Counted from the first letter of the stretch, positions 1 to 12,408 are shown. The stretch: 64,000 nt of DNA from Eledone cirrhosa (GCA_964016885.1 OZ024754.1:12524001-12588000), one strand, 5' to 3'. Notes: generated by a model not told the origin, from the sequence alone. A program made the numbers and translations.

Positions 1-897
1 CCACACTACACTACACCACACCACACCACACCACACCACACCACAATACACCACACTACACAACACCACACCATACTACACAACACCACACCACACTACA
101 CAACACCACACCACACCACACCACACAACATCACACCAGACCACACTACACCACACCACACAACACCACACCACACCACACTACACCACACCACACTACA
201 CTACACAACACTAGACTACACTACACTACACCATGCCACACTACGTAACATCACACCAGACCACACTACACCACACCACACCACACTACACTACACCACA
301 CCACACCACACTACACTACACCATGCCACACTACACTACACCACACCGCACTACACCAGACCACACTACACCACACTACACCACACCACACCACACTACA
401 CTACACCATGCCACACTACACAACATCACACCAGACCACACTACACTACACCACACCACACTACACCATCCCACACCACACTACACTACACCACACCGCA
501 CTACACCAAACCACACCACACTACACCACACCACACTACACCACACCACACTACACTACACCATGCCACACTACACTACACCACACCACACTACACTACA
601 CCATACCACACTACACAACATCACACCAGACCACACTACACCACACCACAGCATACTACACTACACTACACCACACCACACTACACTACACCATGCCACA
701 CTACACAACATCACACCAGACCACACTACACTACACCACACCACACCACACTACACCATCCCACACCACACTACACTACACCACACCACACCACACTACA
801 CCACACCACACCACACTACACTACACCACACTACACTACACCAGACCACACTACACTACACCATGCCACACTACACCACACCACAATACACCACACT
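1..897. repeat. (CACCA/CACTA)n pentanucleotide satellite
   Basis: Continuous ccaca/ctaca 5-mers; the His/Thr ORFs are artefacts of it. Confidence 0.95.
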
Positions 898-1629
898 GTG
901 CCAGAAAGTTGCAAGATGTGTGCATGTGTGTGTGTCTGTGTGTGCATATGTGTGTATATATGAGTTGGGGGGTGGGGGTGCATGCATATGCATGTATGTA
1001 TCTGTGTGTGTGTGTGTGTGTGTGTGTGTTTGTTTGTATGTGTTTGTGTGTGTTTGTGTGTGTATTTGTTTTTGTTTTTTTTACTTACATTTTAAACAGT
1101 ATAATATAACTTACAGAAGGTAGAATTAAGTTATTTCTTTTAAGCGGATCATATCCCACAGCTGCAGGCAAGCATAAACTGATATATTTTAAGAAAAATA
1201 ATGTTGCATAGAATAGCACACAACAGGATTATTGAACACTTCTCTATATGAAAGCCTATAAATGTACTGCAACATGTAGTGGAGTTGCCGATAGCATTGC
1301 TGAACATATTATTCTACAAGAAAATGAAACACACATTTTAAGCATACTAATACGCTATAAACTGTTTAATAGTCTTGTCTGTACAGCATTTGAAATAATT
1401 TTATTTTGTTAACATTTGTCAGGTCTATGGCAAGAAATATGAAAGAGAATCTGTAGTAAAGATACAGTGACACAGCATGGCCACTTCCCACAGTTAGCTA
1501 GAAGCAGTTGAAGAAGGGTAACATTCCCCCAACAAGTTATGTGACAAGCATATAACCTATATCAGGATCAACAGGTTCCAAGACTGGTAGCTCTATTACT
1601 TATCATAGATGCAGGATGACTATATAGTT

Positions 1630-2775
1630 AGGAAGCTAGCTAAAACTAAATTTAGCTATGTGGTTAAGAGTTTTACTAAAGCTATGTGGTTAAGAAGCTA
1701 AATTTAGCTATGTGGTTAAGAATTTTACTAAAGCTATGTGGTTAAGAAGCTAAATTTAGCTATGTGGTTAAGAATTTTACTAAAGCTATGTAGTTAAAAA
1801 ACTAAATTCAGCTATGTAGTTAAGAGTTTTACTAAAGCTATGCGGTTAAGAAGCTAAATTCAGCTATGTAGTTAAGAGTTTTACTAAAACTATGTGGTTA
1901 AAAGACTAAATTTAGCTATGTGGTTAATAGTTTTACAAAAACTATGTGGTTAAGAAGCTAAATAAAGCTATGTGGTTATAAAGTTAAATTTAGCTGTGGT
2001 TATGAAGTTAAATTTAGCTATGTAGTTAACAAGTTAAATAAAGCTATGTGGTTACAAGTCAACTAAAACTATATGGTTTACAAGTTCACTAAAGCTATGT
2101 AGTTAACTAAAGCTATGTAGTTAACAAGTTGACCAAAGCTATGTAGTTAACTAAAGCTATGTAGTTAACAAGTTTACCAAAGCTATGTAGTTAACAAGTT
2201 AACCAAAAATATGTAGTTAACAAGTTTACCAAAGTTATGTAGTTAACTAAAGCTATGTAATTAAGAAGTTTACCAAAGCTATATAGTTAACAAGTTAACT
2301 AAAGCTATGTAGATAACAAGTTAACTAAAGCTATGTAGTTAACAAGTTAACCAAAGCTATGTAGTTAAGTTAACTAAAGCTGTGTAGTTAACAAGTTTAC
2401 CAAAGTTATGTAGTTAACAAGTTAACCAAAGTTATGTAGTTAACTAAAGCTATGTAGTTAACAAGTTTACCAAAGCTATGTAGTTAACTAAAGCTATGTA
2501 GTTAACAAGTTTACCAAAGCTATGTAGTTAACAAGTTAACCAAAAATATGTAGTTAACAAGTTTACCAAAGTTATGTAGTTAACTAAAGCTATGTAATTA
2601 AGAAGTTTACCAAAGCTATATAGTTAACAAGTTAACTAAAGCTATGTAGATAACAAGTTAACTAAAGCTATGTAGATAACAAGTTAACCAAAGCTATGTA
2701 GTTAAGTTAACTAAAGCTGTGTAGTTAACAAGTTAACTAAAGCTATACTGTTAAAAAGCTTAATTCAGCTATGTG
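1630..2775. repeat. 26-bp (and 16-bp) unit minisatellite
   Basis: Units gctatgtggttaagaagctaaattta grading into gctatgtagttaacaagttaaccaaa. Confidence 0.92.
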
Positions 2776-2856
2776 GCAATCTCAAGGTACCTTAATACCT
2801 TAAGCAAGTATTTTCTATCATAGCCTTTGATGAACTCAAGTCTTGTGAGTGATATT
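2770..2856 (+). mobile_element. Decayed CORE-like SINE body following the minisatellite
   Basis: ccttaagcaagtattttctatcatagcc...cttgtgagtg resembles the CCTTGAGCAAG CORE-like segment seen in SINEs at 8586 and 11300. Confidence 0.45.
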
Positions 2857-2966
2857 TTACAAAAGGTTATCACAGCGTCCATTTCTGTTTTGGGGTGGAA
2901 GACTTAATCCATCAATTGGTTGATTACAACATACAAACATCTGGGCCTTGAGAATCTTTAACTGTA

Positions 2967-3293
2967 CATGTGTGTATGTTGGTGCATGTCTGTGTGTGTG
3001 TGTGTGTTGGTGTATGTCTGTGTGTATATGTGTGTATATGTGTGTGTGTATGAGTGTGTATATGTGTGTGTGTTTGTGTGTATGTCTGTGTGTATGTGTG
3101 CATGTGTTGGTGTATGTCAGTGTGTGTGTATGTTGGTGTATGTATGTGTGTATGTGTTGGTGTGTGTCTGTGTGTATGTGTGTGTGTATGTGTGTGTGTT
3201 GCTGCATGTCTGTGTGTGTGTGTATATGTGTGTGTGTTGGTGCATGTCTGTATATATGTGTGTGTGTGTGTGTTGCTGCATGTATTCGTGTAC

Positions 3294-3371
<78 letters not shown>

Positions 3372-3420
3372 TGGTGTATATATATGTGTGTGTTGGTGCA
3401 TGTTTGTGTGTATGTATACA
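2967..3420. repeat. (GT)n/(TA)n compound microsatellite
   Basis: Direct inspection. Confidence 0.95.
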
Positions 3421-3459
3421 CAGTGAATTTCCAACCGATAAGGTATGATTTTCATGGGT

Positions 3460-3682
3460 ATGTCTCTATTTATAAAACAAACTTTGCATTTTATCTGATG
3501 AAACCGTACCTATGTGTCTTGGTACCCTTGAAATATATATAATAAAATAAATATGGTTTTATAAATATAGTTTCCATTTATTTAATATGGAATATTTACT
3601 CCAGTAACTTGTTGAGTGCTCTAAATCAGTTATAAACATTTATGTTTGTCGGACTTCCAACAAATTAAATACAACTCCTACA
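3460..3682 (+). mobile_element. Hammerhead-bearing short element (Penelope-like pLTR plus tail), family B
   Basis: Reverse-strand relatives at 29185-29330 and 36552-36748; ends in (TA)n. Confidence 0.6.
3488..3548 (+). ncRNA. Minimal type I hammerhead ribozyme motif (family B)
   Basis: attttat-CTGATGA-(stem II gtacc/ggtac)-GAAA-tatata-TA-ataaaat. Confidence 0.75.
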
Positions 3683-3691
3683 TATATATAT

Positions 3692-4503
3692 ATCATCATC
3701 GTTTAACGTCTATCTTCCACACTAGCATGGGTTTGGATGGGAATTTCCCCACTTGAGGCAAGATTGGTTGTCTTGCTCGCATAGGACTATCTGGCGGGTT
3801 TTCTACGGCTGGATGCCCTTCCTAACACCAACCACGTTTACAGTGTTGACTGGGAGGTTTTTACCGTGTTACCTACACGGCCACATTACAGCGTGGACTG
3901 TGTGTTTTTTTGTTGTGACACCTACACGACCTCATTTATTTCAAACTGGATGTTGTGGTACCAACATAATTTTACATCGAAAGGGGTGGTGTGGATGGGG
4001 TGGGAGTAGTGGGGCGGGGTGTATTTTTGTTAAGAGGTGCCTACTGACTGTAGGTTTCGCTTTGTACTTAGGCAAGGCGCGTCTTCTGTATTACTGTGTA
4101 GCGCCAAAGATCTCGGTCCAGTGTCATTGTCTTGGAGAGGTGTAAGTGTGTGAGGTCGGAATTTATCAAGTCATCCCAGATTTTTCTGGGTCTGCCTACT
4201 CCGTGGCTACCGTCTATTTTTATCGCCCTGAACTTTTTTATACAGCTGTCGTCTTTCATGCGCATCACGTGACCATACCAACGTAGTCTTCTCTCGAGTA
4301 AACAACATCTGATCCCTCTTATTCCTAATTTCTCCCTTAGTTCGTTTATGCTTTGCCGTTCACGTATATTACTATTACACATCCAGCGGAGCATGCAAGC
4401 TTTGTTCTTCTTCAGTCTGCGTATATCCTCTGCACACAATGCCCAGGTCTCACTGCCATGTAACATTGCTGTTCGTATGCAGGCATCATACAGCCTGCTC
4501 TTC

Positions 4504-4505
<2 letters not shown>
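3692..4505 (-). mobile_element. 5'-truncated RTE-clade LINE (ORF C-terminus, 3' UTR, (GAT)n tail)
   Basis: ORF 4068-4505 MLHGSETW...[12 protein letters not shown]...GRPRKIW is homologous to the 56.5 kb LINE. Confidence 0.92.
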
Positions 4506-4540
<35 letters not shown>

Positions 4541-4542
<2 letters not shown>

Positions 4543-5055
4543 ATACATTAACAGAGAAAGCTTTAAGCGATACTCTAACCAACTCCATCTCACTCAACAA
4601 ACATTAGGATATACCTAAGTATAATCCAAATTTAGTGTTTGGGGTGCTAACTATAGTATTCCGTGGAAAGTTGGTTGTATTATTTTATATGAAACATAAT
4701 TAAATAAATCTCTCTTTCTTTCCATACGATCGTTTTGTTATAAGATTTCTACAAATTGGGATAAATAAAGTCCAAGTTATGTAGAAACTTGTATATAATC
4801 CATAGAAATACACACAAGTGGGCCCTTATAACTCATCAGTGGATGCCCATGTAATATCAATATAAAAAACTACATCGATATTAATAATCAGTGATGGTCT
4901 CCGTCAGTGCTAGAAGGACAGCTAAGTTTGAAAGCCCAGTAGTCCTTCAAAAAGAAATTTCACACTGTCCCCAAAAGGGAAGGGGAGGTCATCGTAAAAT
5001 AATATACACGCTGGACATTGAGGCCTGTTAGGTATTTTAACCACGTGTTTAAGAA
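4541..5055 (-). mobile_element. Hammerhead-bearing Penelope-like fragment, family C
   Basis: Begins at (TA)n; 4541-4705 is the reverse complement of 11690-11860; carries a hammerhead at 4721-4843. Confidence 0.55.
4721..4843 (-). ncRNA. Hammerhead motif with long stem II insert and GAAA->AAAA change
   Basis: Minus strand: tcca-CTGATGA-gttataag...cttataac-AAAA-cgatcg-TA-tgga. Confidence 0.7.
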
Positions 5056-5060
5056 CTCAA

Positions 5061-5572
5061 TTGGACTATTGGCAAAGACTCAGAACCTTGAAGATGGACT
5101 CAATAGAAAGAAGATTTGAGCGATACCGAATTATATACATTTGGAAAATGATAGAGCAAAAGGTGCCAAACTTTGGTATCAAAACCTACCACTCACTGCG
5201 CCACGGAAGACGCTGCCAGCTACCACCAATCAACAAAAGGGCTGGCCAGGCAGCAAAAACCCTGCGAGAGTCAAGTCTGTTGGTTAGAGGGACACAACTA
5301 TTCAACTCCATTCCGGTACATGTCAGAAATCTATCAGGATGCAGTGTGGAATCATTCAAATTGCAGCTGGATAGATACTTAAGCACCATTAGAGATGAAC
5401 CCCATCTCCCAGGATATACACAACGAGCACAAACTGACTCAAACTCGCTCCTACACATGTCAAAATTAAACAGAGAATCCAACCTGGCAACCACACCAGA
5501 CTCTGAGGGTGGAGTCTTCGACTTGGCCTGAGCATGGACTCAAACTCAAATGAAATGAAATGAAATGAAATG
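5061..5572 (+). mobile_element. LINE 3' fragment (CR1/L2/Crack-like group) with (GAAAT)n tail
   Basis: YWQRLRTLKMDSIERRFERYRIIYIWK...LFNSIP..VRN...FKLQLDRYL, followed by tgaaa repeats. Confidence 0.85.
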
Positions 5573-5901
5573 GATATTAAAAAAAATAAATATATCTATG
5601 CACCACCTATACACACATAGAGATATTAAAAAAATAATAAATATATGTACGCACCATTTATACATACATAGAGGTATTTTCTCAGGCAAAATAACAGACA
5701 TGAGATACAGGAAAATGCAATCAATATTTCATATAAAGAATAAATAAAGAAAGTCATACCTAAATATATATATATGTAGAAGGTGAGTAATATTGTAGAA
5801 CAATAAAACTATGCATATATCAGATAAGTAGCACTCAACAGTTGGTAGAACTGGAGTATATATTAAAGAAGAAATTAAAAGATGGTTAAAAAAGTTCCAT
5901 A

Positions 5902-5971
5902 TATTTTATTATGTGCATTTCGAAAACAACATCATCCTGGGACAAAAATTGTGTTCTCATCAGATAAAATA
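5902..5971 (-). ncRNA. Minimal hammerhead motif (family D)
   Basis: Minus strand: tattttat-CTGATGA-gaacac...gttttc-GAAA-tgcaca-TA-ataaaata. Confidence 0.75.
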
Positions 5972-6359
5972 ATTGTTTCTACTTTTGGCACAAGGCCAGC
6001 AATTACCCAGGACATTACTGGTACTTTATTTTATCGACCCCGTAAGGATGAAAGGCAAAGTTAACCTCAGTGGGATTTGAACTCAGATCATAAAGGGACA
6101 TAACTCTATGCTTCAAAGCATGGTGTCCGACTCTCTACCGATACTGCCAATCCACCGCCCTTCTGCCAAAATAATTGTTTCTACTTTTGGCACAAGGCCA
6201 GCAATTACCCAGTGCATTACTGGTTCTTTATTTTATCGACCCTGTAAGGATGAAAGGCAAAGTCAACCTCGGTGGGATTTGAACTCAGATCGTAAAGGGA
6301 CGTAACTATGCTGGAAAGCATGGCGTCCGACACTCCACCGATACTGCCAATCCACCGCC
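5972..6359 (-). mobile_element. Tandem pair of ~190-bp tRNA-derived SINEs (SINE-1)
   Basis: A-box-like TGGCAGTATCGGT, B-box GAGTTCAAATCC, central GCCTTTCATCCTTACGGGGTCGATAAAATAAAGTACCAG; many copies in the window. Confidence 0.92.
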
Positions 6360-6370
6360 AAAATAATGTA

Positions 6371-6457
<87 letters not shown>

Positions 6458-6462
<5 letters not shown>

Positions 6463-6767
6463 GAAGAAATTAAAAGATGGTTAAAAAAGTTCCATATATT
6501 TTATGCGCATTTCGAAAACAACATCATCCTGGGACAAAAATTGTGTTCTCATCAGATAAAATAAGGTAACTTGATATGAGGCCTAAAAACACTTGTCAAC
6601 AGGAAAGTGTTCAGTCAACATAACTTTCCTGTTGACAAGTGTTTTTAGGCCTCATATCATGTTACCTTATTTTATCTGATGAGAACACAATTTTTGTCCC
6701 AGGATGATGTTGTTTTCGAAATGCGCATAAAATATATGGAACTTTTTTAACCATCTTTTAATTTCTT

Positions 6768-6771
<4 letters not shown>
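6458..6771. repeat. ~150-bp-arm inverted repeat of the family D element, a hammerhead in each arm
   Basis: 6459-6608 is near-perfectly complementary to 6622-6771; hammerheads at 6496-6563 (-) and 6668-6734 (+); (TA)n on both sides. Confidence 0.9.
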
Positions 6772-6847
<76 letters not shown>

Positions 6848-7525
6848 TGGTGTATATATATGTGTGTGTGTGTTGGTGTATATATATGTGTGTGTATGTG
6901 TAGGTGTATATATATGTGAGTGTGTATGTGTTTGTGTATATATATGTGTGTGTGTGTGTAGGTGTATATATATGTGTGTGTATGTATGTGTAATGATGTG
7001 TGTGTATGTGTAGGTGTATATATATGTGTGTGTGTGTGTTGGTGTATATATATGTGTATGTTGGTGCATTTCTGTGTGTACATGTATGTATATATATATA
7101 TATGTGTATGTGTGTGTGTTGGTGTATATATATGTGTGTTGGTGCGTGTATATATATATGTGTGTGTATGTGTAGGTGTATATATATATGTGTGTGTGTG
7201 TATAAATATATGTGTGTGTATGTGTAGGTGTATATATATGTGTGTGTATGTGTTTGTGTATAGGTGTATATATATGTGTGTGTATGTATGTGTAATGATG
7301 TGTGTGTATGTGTAGGTGTATATATATGTGTGTGTATGTGTTTGTGTGTAGGTGTATATGTATGTGTGTGTATGTATGTGTAATGATGTGTGTGTATGTG
7401 TAGGTGTATATATATGTGTGTGTATGTGTTTGTGTATAGGTGTATATATATGTGTGTGTATGTGTATATATATATATGTGTGTATAGGTGTATATATATG
7501 TGTGTGTATGTATGTGTAATGATGT
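6772..7525. repeat. (TA)n/(GT)n compound microsatellite
   Basis: Direct inspection. Confidence 0.95.
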
Positions 7526-7759
7526 GAATAATTGTGAGTAAGCTAGAGGAGATATCCAGTAACCATACACACAGAAACAAGGAGGAATCCATTTCTAAAT
7601 CAGTTCTTGTTGACCCTTTCCACCATTAGTCCACCCCTGGGGACTAATTTATATTGGTACTTAACATTGGTCAATATTTTATCTCAGTTGTTTGCATTAT
7701 ATATATGTGGGTGTGTGAGTGTATGTGCTTATGTGTGTGTATGTGCATATATGTATATA

Positions 7760-7826
<67 letters not shown>

Positions 7827-7879
7827 CATCATTATCATTTAATGTCTATTTCTCCATGCTTGCATGGGTTAGACATGTG

Positions 7880-8226
7880 TATATAAATATCTATCTATCT
7901 ATATATATATATATATAAAGATATATCTATATATATATAAAGATATATAAAGATATATCTATAAAGATATATAAAGATATATCTATATATATAAAGATAT
8001 ATAAAGATATATCTCTATATATAAAGATATATATATATATATAAAGATATATCGATATATATAAAGATATATAAAGATATATCTATAAAGATATATAAAG
8101 ATATATCTATATATATAAAGATATATCTATATATATAAAGATATATAAAGATATATCAATATATATAAAGATATAAAGTTATATCTATATATATAAAGAT
8201 ATATAAAGATATATCAATATATATAA

Positions 8227-8292
<66 letters not shown>
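7880..8292. repeat. (TA)n-derived AAAGATATAT repeat
   Basis: Direct inspection. Confidence 0.9.
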
Positions 8293-8537
8293 ATAACAAT
8301 AATGGAAATATATCAGTGTAATCAGATGGATATCATGCTATATAATAAATGTTTAACATGTTGATAACATTTCTAGCCTCTAGATGTACAAATATATTGG
8401 ATATACATTTATATTAGATAGACACACTCTCTCAATGTTTTTATGGATATTGTCTGCTATATATTTGTTTTGTGTTTAAAGTTTTGTTCTTGCTTATATA
8501 AATACACATACAATTTTCGATTGCAAGCCCAATGCAA

Positions 8538-8837
8538 AATCGAAAGGTTGTGAGTTCAATTCTCAGACCGGGTGATGTGTTGTTTCCTTGAACAAGACAT
8601 TTTATTTTACATTGCTCCAGTTTACTCAGCTGTAGAAATGAGATGATAGGGACTGGGGTCCAAATCATTCCCCTGTAAAGTGGTTGTGGGGGTGCCACGG
8701 CAAAAAGGCACCCAGCACTCACTGTAAATGAGGTTGGTGTTAGGAAGGGCATCCAGCTGTAGAAATCAAGCCAGAATCAATTCCCGTCCCACCCTTGCAA
8801 GCAGGGAAAAGTGGACGTAAAATGATGATGATGATGA
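8538..8837 (+). mobile_element. SINE-2: tRNA head, CORE-like body, RTE-derived 3' tail
   Basis: B-box gagttcaattct, ccttgaacaagac, then gtgttaggaagggcatccagc shared with the RTE 3' UTR, (GAT)n tail. Confidence 0.85.
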
Positions 8838-8991
8838 TATAACACACACACACACACACCATCATCATCGCCATTTTACATCCATTTTTCCATGCTAGCA
8901 TGGGTTAGACCTGTTGTCCTGTTGTCAATGCTAGGTCAGGTGACCATATCTTGTTCATACACATACATATATATATATATATACATATATA

Positions 8992-9638
8992 TCTATATAT
9001 ATAAAGTTGTATTCTTGTCTGTTTGTTTGTTCACGAACTCCTCCTATGGTTTTGGAGATAGACCCCCATAACCATATATATTCTGAAACTTCATTGCCCA
9101 GGGTACCTGGATAAGTATATTTCATTTTAATCAAAGGGTTCCCGGGGGGGGGGGGGGGGGGGGGGCACAAACCCCTGCTGAAAACCCCACTGAAAATGTT
9201 TTCCTTTCGATTTATTTGAAATTTAAACCATAGGTAAATGACAAGATTTGATGCCTATTCACAAAATTTCAGCAAATTTCAATAATATTAAGACACCCTA
9301 TTGGTAAAGCCCCGCTGAAAATTTTTTTCCATCGATCTATATGAAATTTAAACCGTAGGTAAAGGACAAGATATGATGCCTATTCACAAAAGTTTTGAAT
9401 TGATATTTTGAAAAAAATTATTTACAAGAAACAAAAGAATAAGATTTAATAATGTTATGTTGATTTGATACATTACAAAAAATAATGTTTTCCAATTTTT
9501 CATGCATTACACTTTACATTGAGTAATATTGAAATGCAAAGTTTTTCTCCATAAATTATATCACTGATGTAAAATCAATCATCATTTTCTTACAAAAAAA
9601 ATGTGTGAAATGCAGCAAGGTGCGGGTAATTTGGCTAG
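8992..9638 (+). mobile_element. Non-autonomous Helitron-like element
   Basis: A|TCtatatatataaag...gtctgtttgtttg 5' end; gcaaggtgcgggtaatttggCTAG|T 3' end; internal duplication. Confidence 0.7.
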
Positions 9639-9859
9639 TATATATATAAATGTATATATATGAAAGGAAAGCACAAAGTACAGGTCTTCTCTTCAGTTGT
9701 CTGCTGTGAGTCAATGCATTAAATACATTAAAATATTCAAGACTCCCAGCAGACAACTGAAAAGGGGACCTGTCCTTATGTTTGTGCTTTCCTTTTATTT
9801 CTAAATACACTTTATCAAGTAGCCATACAGCCCCTTGTTTCTTCTAAATTTATATATAT

Positions 9860-9994
9860 ATAAGTTTATCCTGGGTTCAATCGGGGTAACCACAATAAGT
9901 AAGGTACTCAATACAAAGCAGAGTATAAATATTTAATATAGAAAAGCTTCTACATGAATGAAACAGTTCTAGTTCTGTAGAAGCTTTTCTATAT

Positions 9995-10000
<6 letters not shown>
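9860..10000. mobile_element. Family A element: reversed tail plus short inverted partial hammerhead
   Basis: Tail matches 33236-33300; gaatGAAAcagttctagttctgTAgaagc; inverted arms tttaatatagaaaagcttctaca. Confidence 0.65.
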
Positions 10001-10031
<31 letters not shown>

Positions 10032-10129
10032 TATTTACATATCGAGAAAGAGAAAAAAGGGGAGGATAGGTGATACATATAGTTATTTGCCAAGTAGCGT
10101 ATGCCAAAGGTGCTCGATATATATATATA

Positions 10130-10515
10130 TTTAAGAGTTAAACAAGATTCAATGAATACGTCAAAGAATGAGTTTTACAATAGATTGGAAGCACTCTACA
10201 AGAAATATTTTCCAGAGTTATTAATATTAACAAAGTATTCCAAATATTAACAAAGTATTTCTTAAAATATATTACTCACACTCTCTCTATTGATTGTATT
10301 ACGTTTTCTCATGGGTATAAATATTGAGTTTTGTCATAAGTTAATCACTACCTTGATTAAATCTTAACCATCTACCATGTCAGGGTATGTCATATATCAT
10401 TTTATTTTATCTGATGAGGATGTACTGTTGAACTTAATTCAGTACCTCTGAAATATGTATAATAAAATATAATTGATCACAAGAATATCTATTTTGTTAA
10501 TATTTGGAATTAATA
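10130..10515. mobile_element. Family E element: reversed tail plus forward hammerhead-containing segment
   Basis: Both parts match the colinear minus-strand copy at 23773-24035. Confidence 0.7.
10403..10469 (+). ncRNA. Minimal hammerhead motif (family E)
   Basis: tattttat-CTGATGA-ggatgtactg...cagtacctct-GAAA-tatgta-TA-ataaaata. Confidence 0.75.
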
Positions 10516-10518
10516 TAT

Positions 10519-10722
10519 ATAGGAAGGAGTAGGACCCCGACGGCTGAGCTCAAGCCGCTTCGACGGCTAATTCTGGACAGATTCAGTCCAGAATTAGCCG
10601 TCGAAACGGCTTGAGCTCAGCTGTCGGGGTACTACTCGTTCCTATTACCTACTCTACTACCCTAAGTATTGAGTACTTTGGTGTGTTATGGTCCACCTGG
10701 TTCCTTACCACATTTCCTTCGT
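10519..10722. mobile_element. GC-rich inverted repeat with hammerhead 3' half plus tail
   Basis: ~58-bp arms at 10519-10644; GAAA-cggct..agctg-TC; tail contains attgagtact. Confidence 0.55.
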
Positions 10723-11022
10723 TATATATATATATATATATATATTATTTCATCATCACTTAATGTTTGTTTTCCCTGATAGCAAGGGTTGGATAGGTTT
10801 ACATAGACCAAGTCAGTACAGAAGTGGGGCTACTGATCTCCCAGACAGACCAGGGATCTACATCTTGCTTATCTATGGTCTCACCTTCTACTGAGTGCAG
10901 AGAAGAGGACGTCAAGTCTTTGACACAAAGTGAAGGGTTCTCCCATCCCTTCTTTGGCAAGATTGCTATGGCTTGAGGCCCTTCCTATCACCAACCACTT
11001 ACAGCATGTACTGCCTGCATTT

Positions 11023-11064
<42 letters not shown>

Positions 11065-11067
<3 letters not shown>

Positions 11068-11401
11068 TCATTCCATTTTACGTCCGCTTTTCCCTGCTTG
11101 CAAGGGTCGGACAGGAACTGATTTTGGCTTGATTTCTACAGCAGGATGCCCTTCCTAACACCAACCTCATTTACAGTGAGTGCTGGGTGCTTTTTTGTCG
11201 TGGCACCTCCACGACCACTTTGCAGTGGAATGATAGGGAACCCAGTCCCTATCATCTCATTTCTACAGCTGAGTAAACTGGAGCAATGTGAAATAAAGTG
11301 TCTTGCTCAAGGAAACAACACATCACCCGGTCTGAGAATTGAACTCACAACCTTTCGATTGCAAGGCCAATGCTCTAACCACTAAGCCATGTGCCTCCTT
11401 C
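11065..11401 (-). mobile_element. Full-length SINE-2 (tRNA-CORE-RTE tail)
   Basis: Minus strand ggaggcacatggcttagtggttagagc...gagttcaattct; homologous to 8538-8837. Confidence 0.88.
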
Positions 11402-11416
11402 ATATATATATATATT

Positions 11417-11662
11417 CTAAGGCGGGTAAAATTCCCGAGATCCATGGACGAGTTCTCTCCAGCGGTCTCTGTCCCTCATTATCGCTGCCATGTCCTGCAT
11501 CTCCAACAGACCAGTGTCTGTCCTTAGGGCATCAACATACGTTGCTGTAGTGGAGTCTGTGCTGCTGTACGGGTCTGGGACTTGGACACTGACCAAGAAA
11601 CTCACTCAGATGGTGGATGGGTGCTACACGAGAATGTTGAGGATGGCTCTGAACATTAATCA
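11417..11662. mobile_element. RTE-like LINE fragment with inverted 5' part
   Basis: Minus-strand C-terminus MRDRDRWRELV; plus-strand VESVLLYGSGTWTLTK...MLRMALNI. Confidence 0.75.
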
Positions 11663-11859
11663 GTATATATATATATATATATATACTTTAACTTTAATTA
11701 TATCTCATAAAATAATACAACTGGTTTTTCCACATTATACATATTGTTAGCACCCCAAACACTTAAATTGGGTTTATATTTTAATATAACCTAATGTTTG
11801 TTGAGTGAGATGGTTACCAGTCAGAGTTTAGCTTTAAACTATCTCTGTTATTGTATTAA

Positions 11860-12317
<458 letters not shown>

Positions 12318-12320
<3 letters not shown>

Positions 12321-12408
12321 GGGGAGGTCAAAGAATGACTTGGGCAGAGGTAGTTAGAGCTAATCTCAAAATGGTGAACCTCACAGAGGAGATGATGAAG
12401 GAATTCTT
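12318..12408 (+). mobile_element. RTE C-terminal fragment cut by the gap
   Basis: [16 protein letters not shown] resembles [11 protein letters not shown] of the 56.5 kb LINE. Confidence 0.55.

Noticed and set aside
233-1123. His/Thr-rich ORFs, and all similar YI/CV/HT/poly-K/poly-M ORFs in the window
   Set aside because: Microsatellite translations.
1424-1500. Possible exon after tttgtcag
   Set aside because: Stops occur in all three frames within 50 nt.
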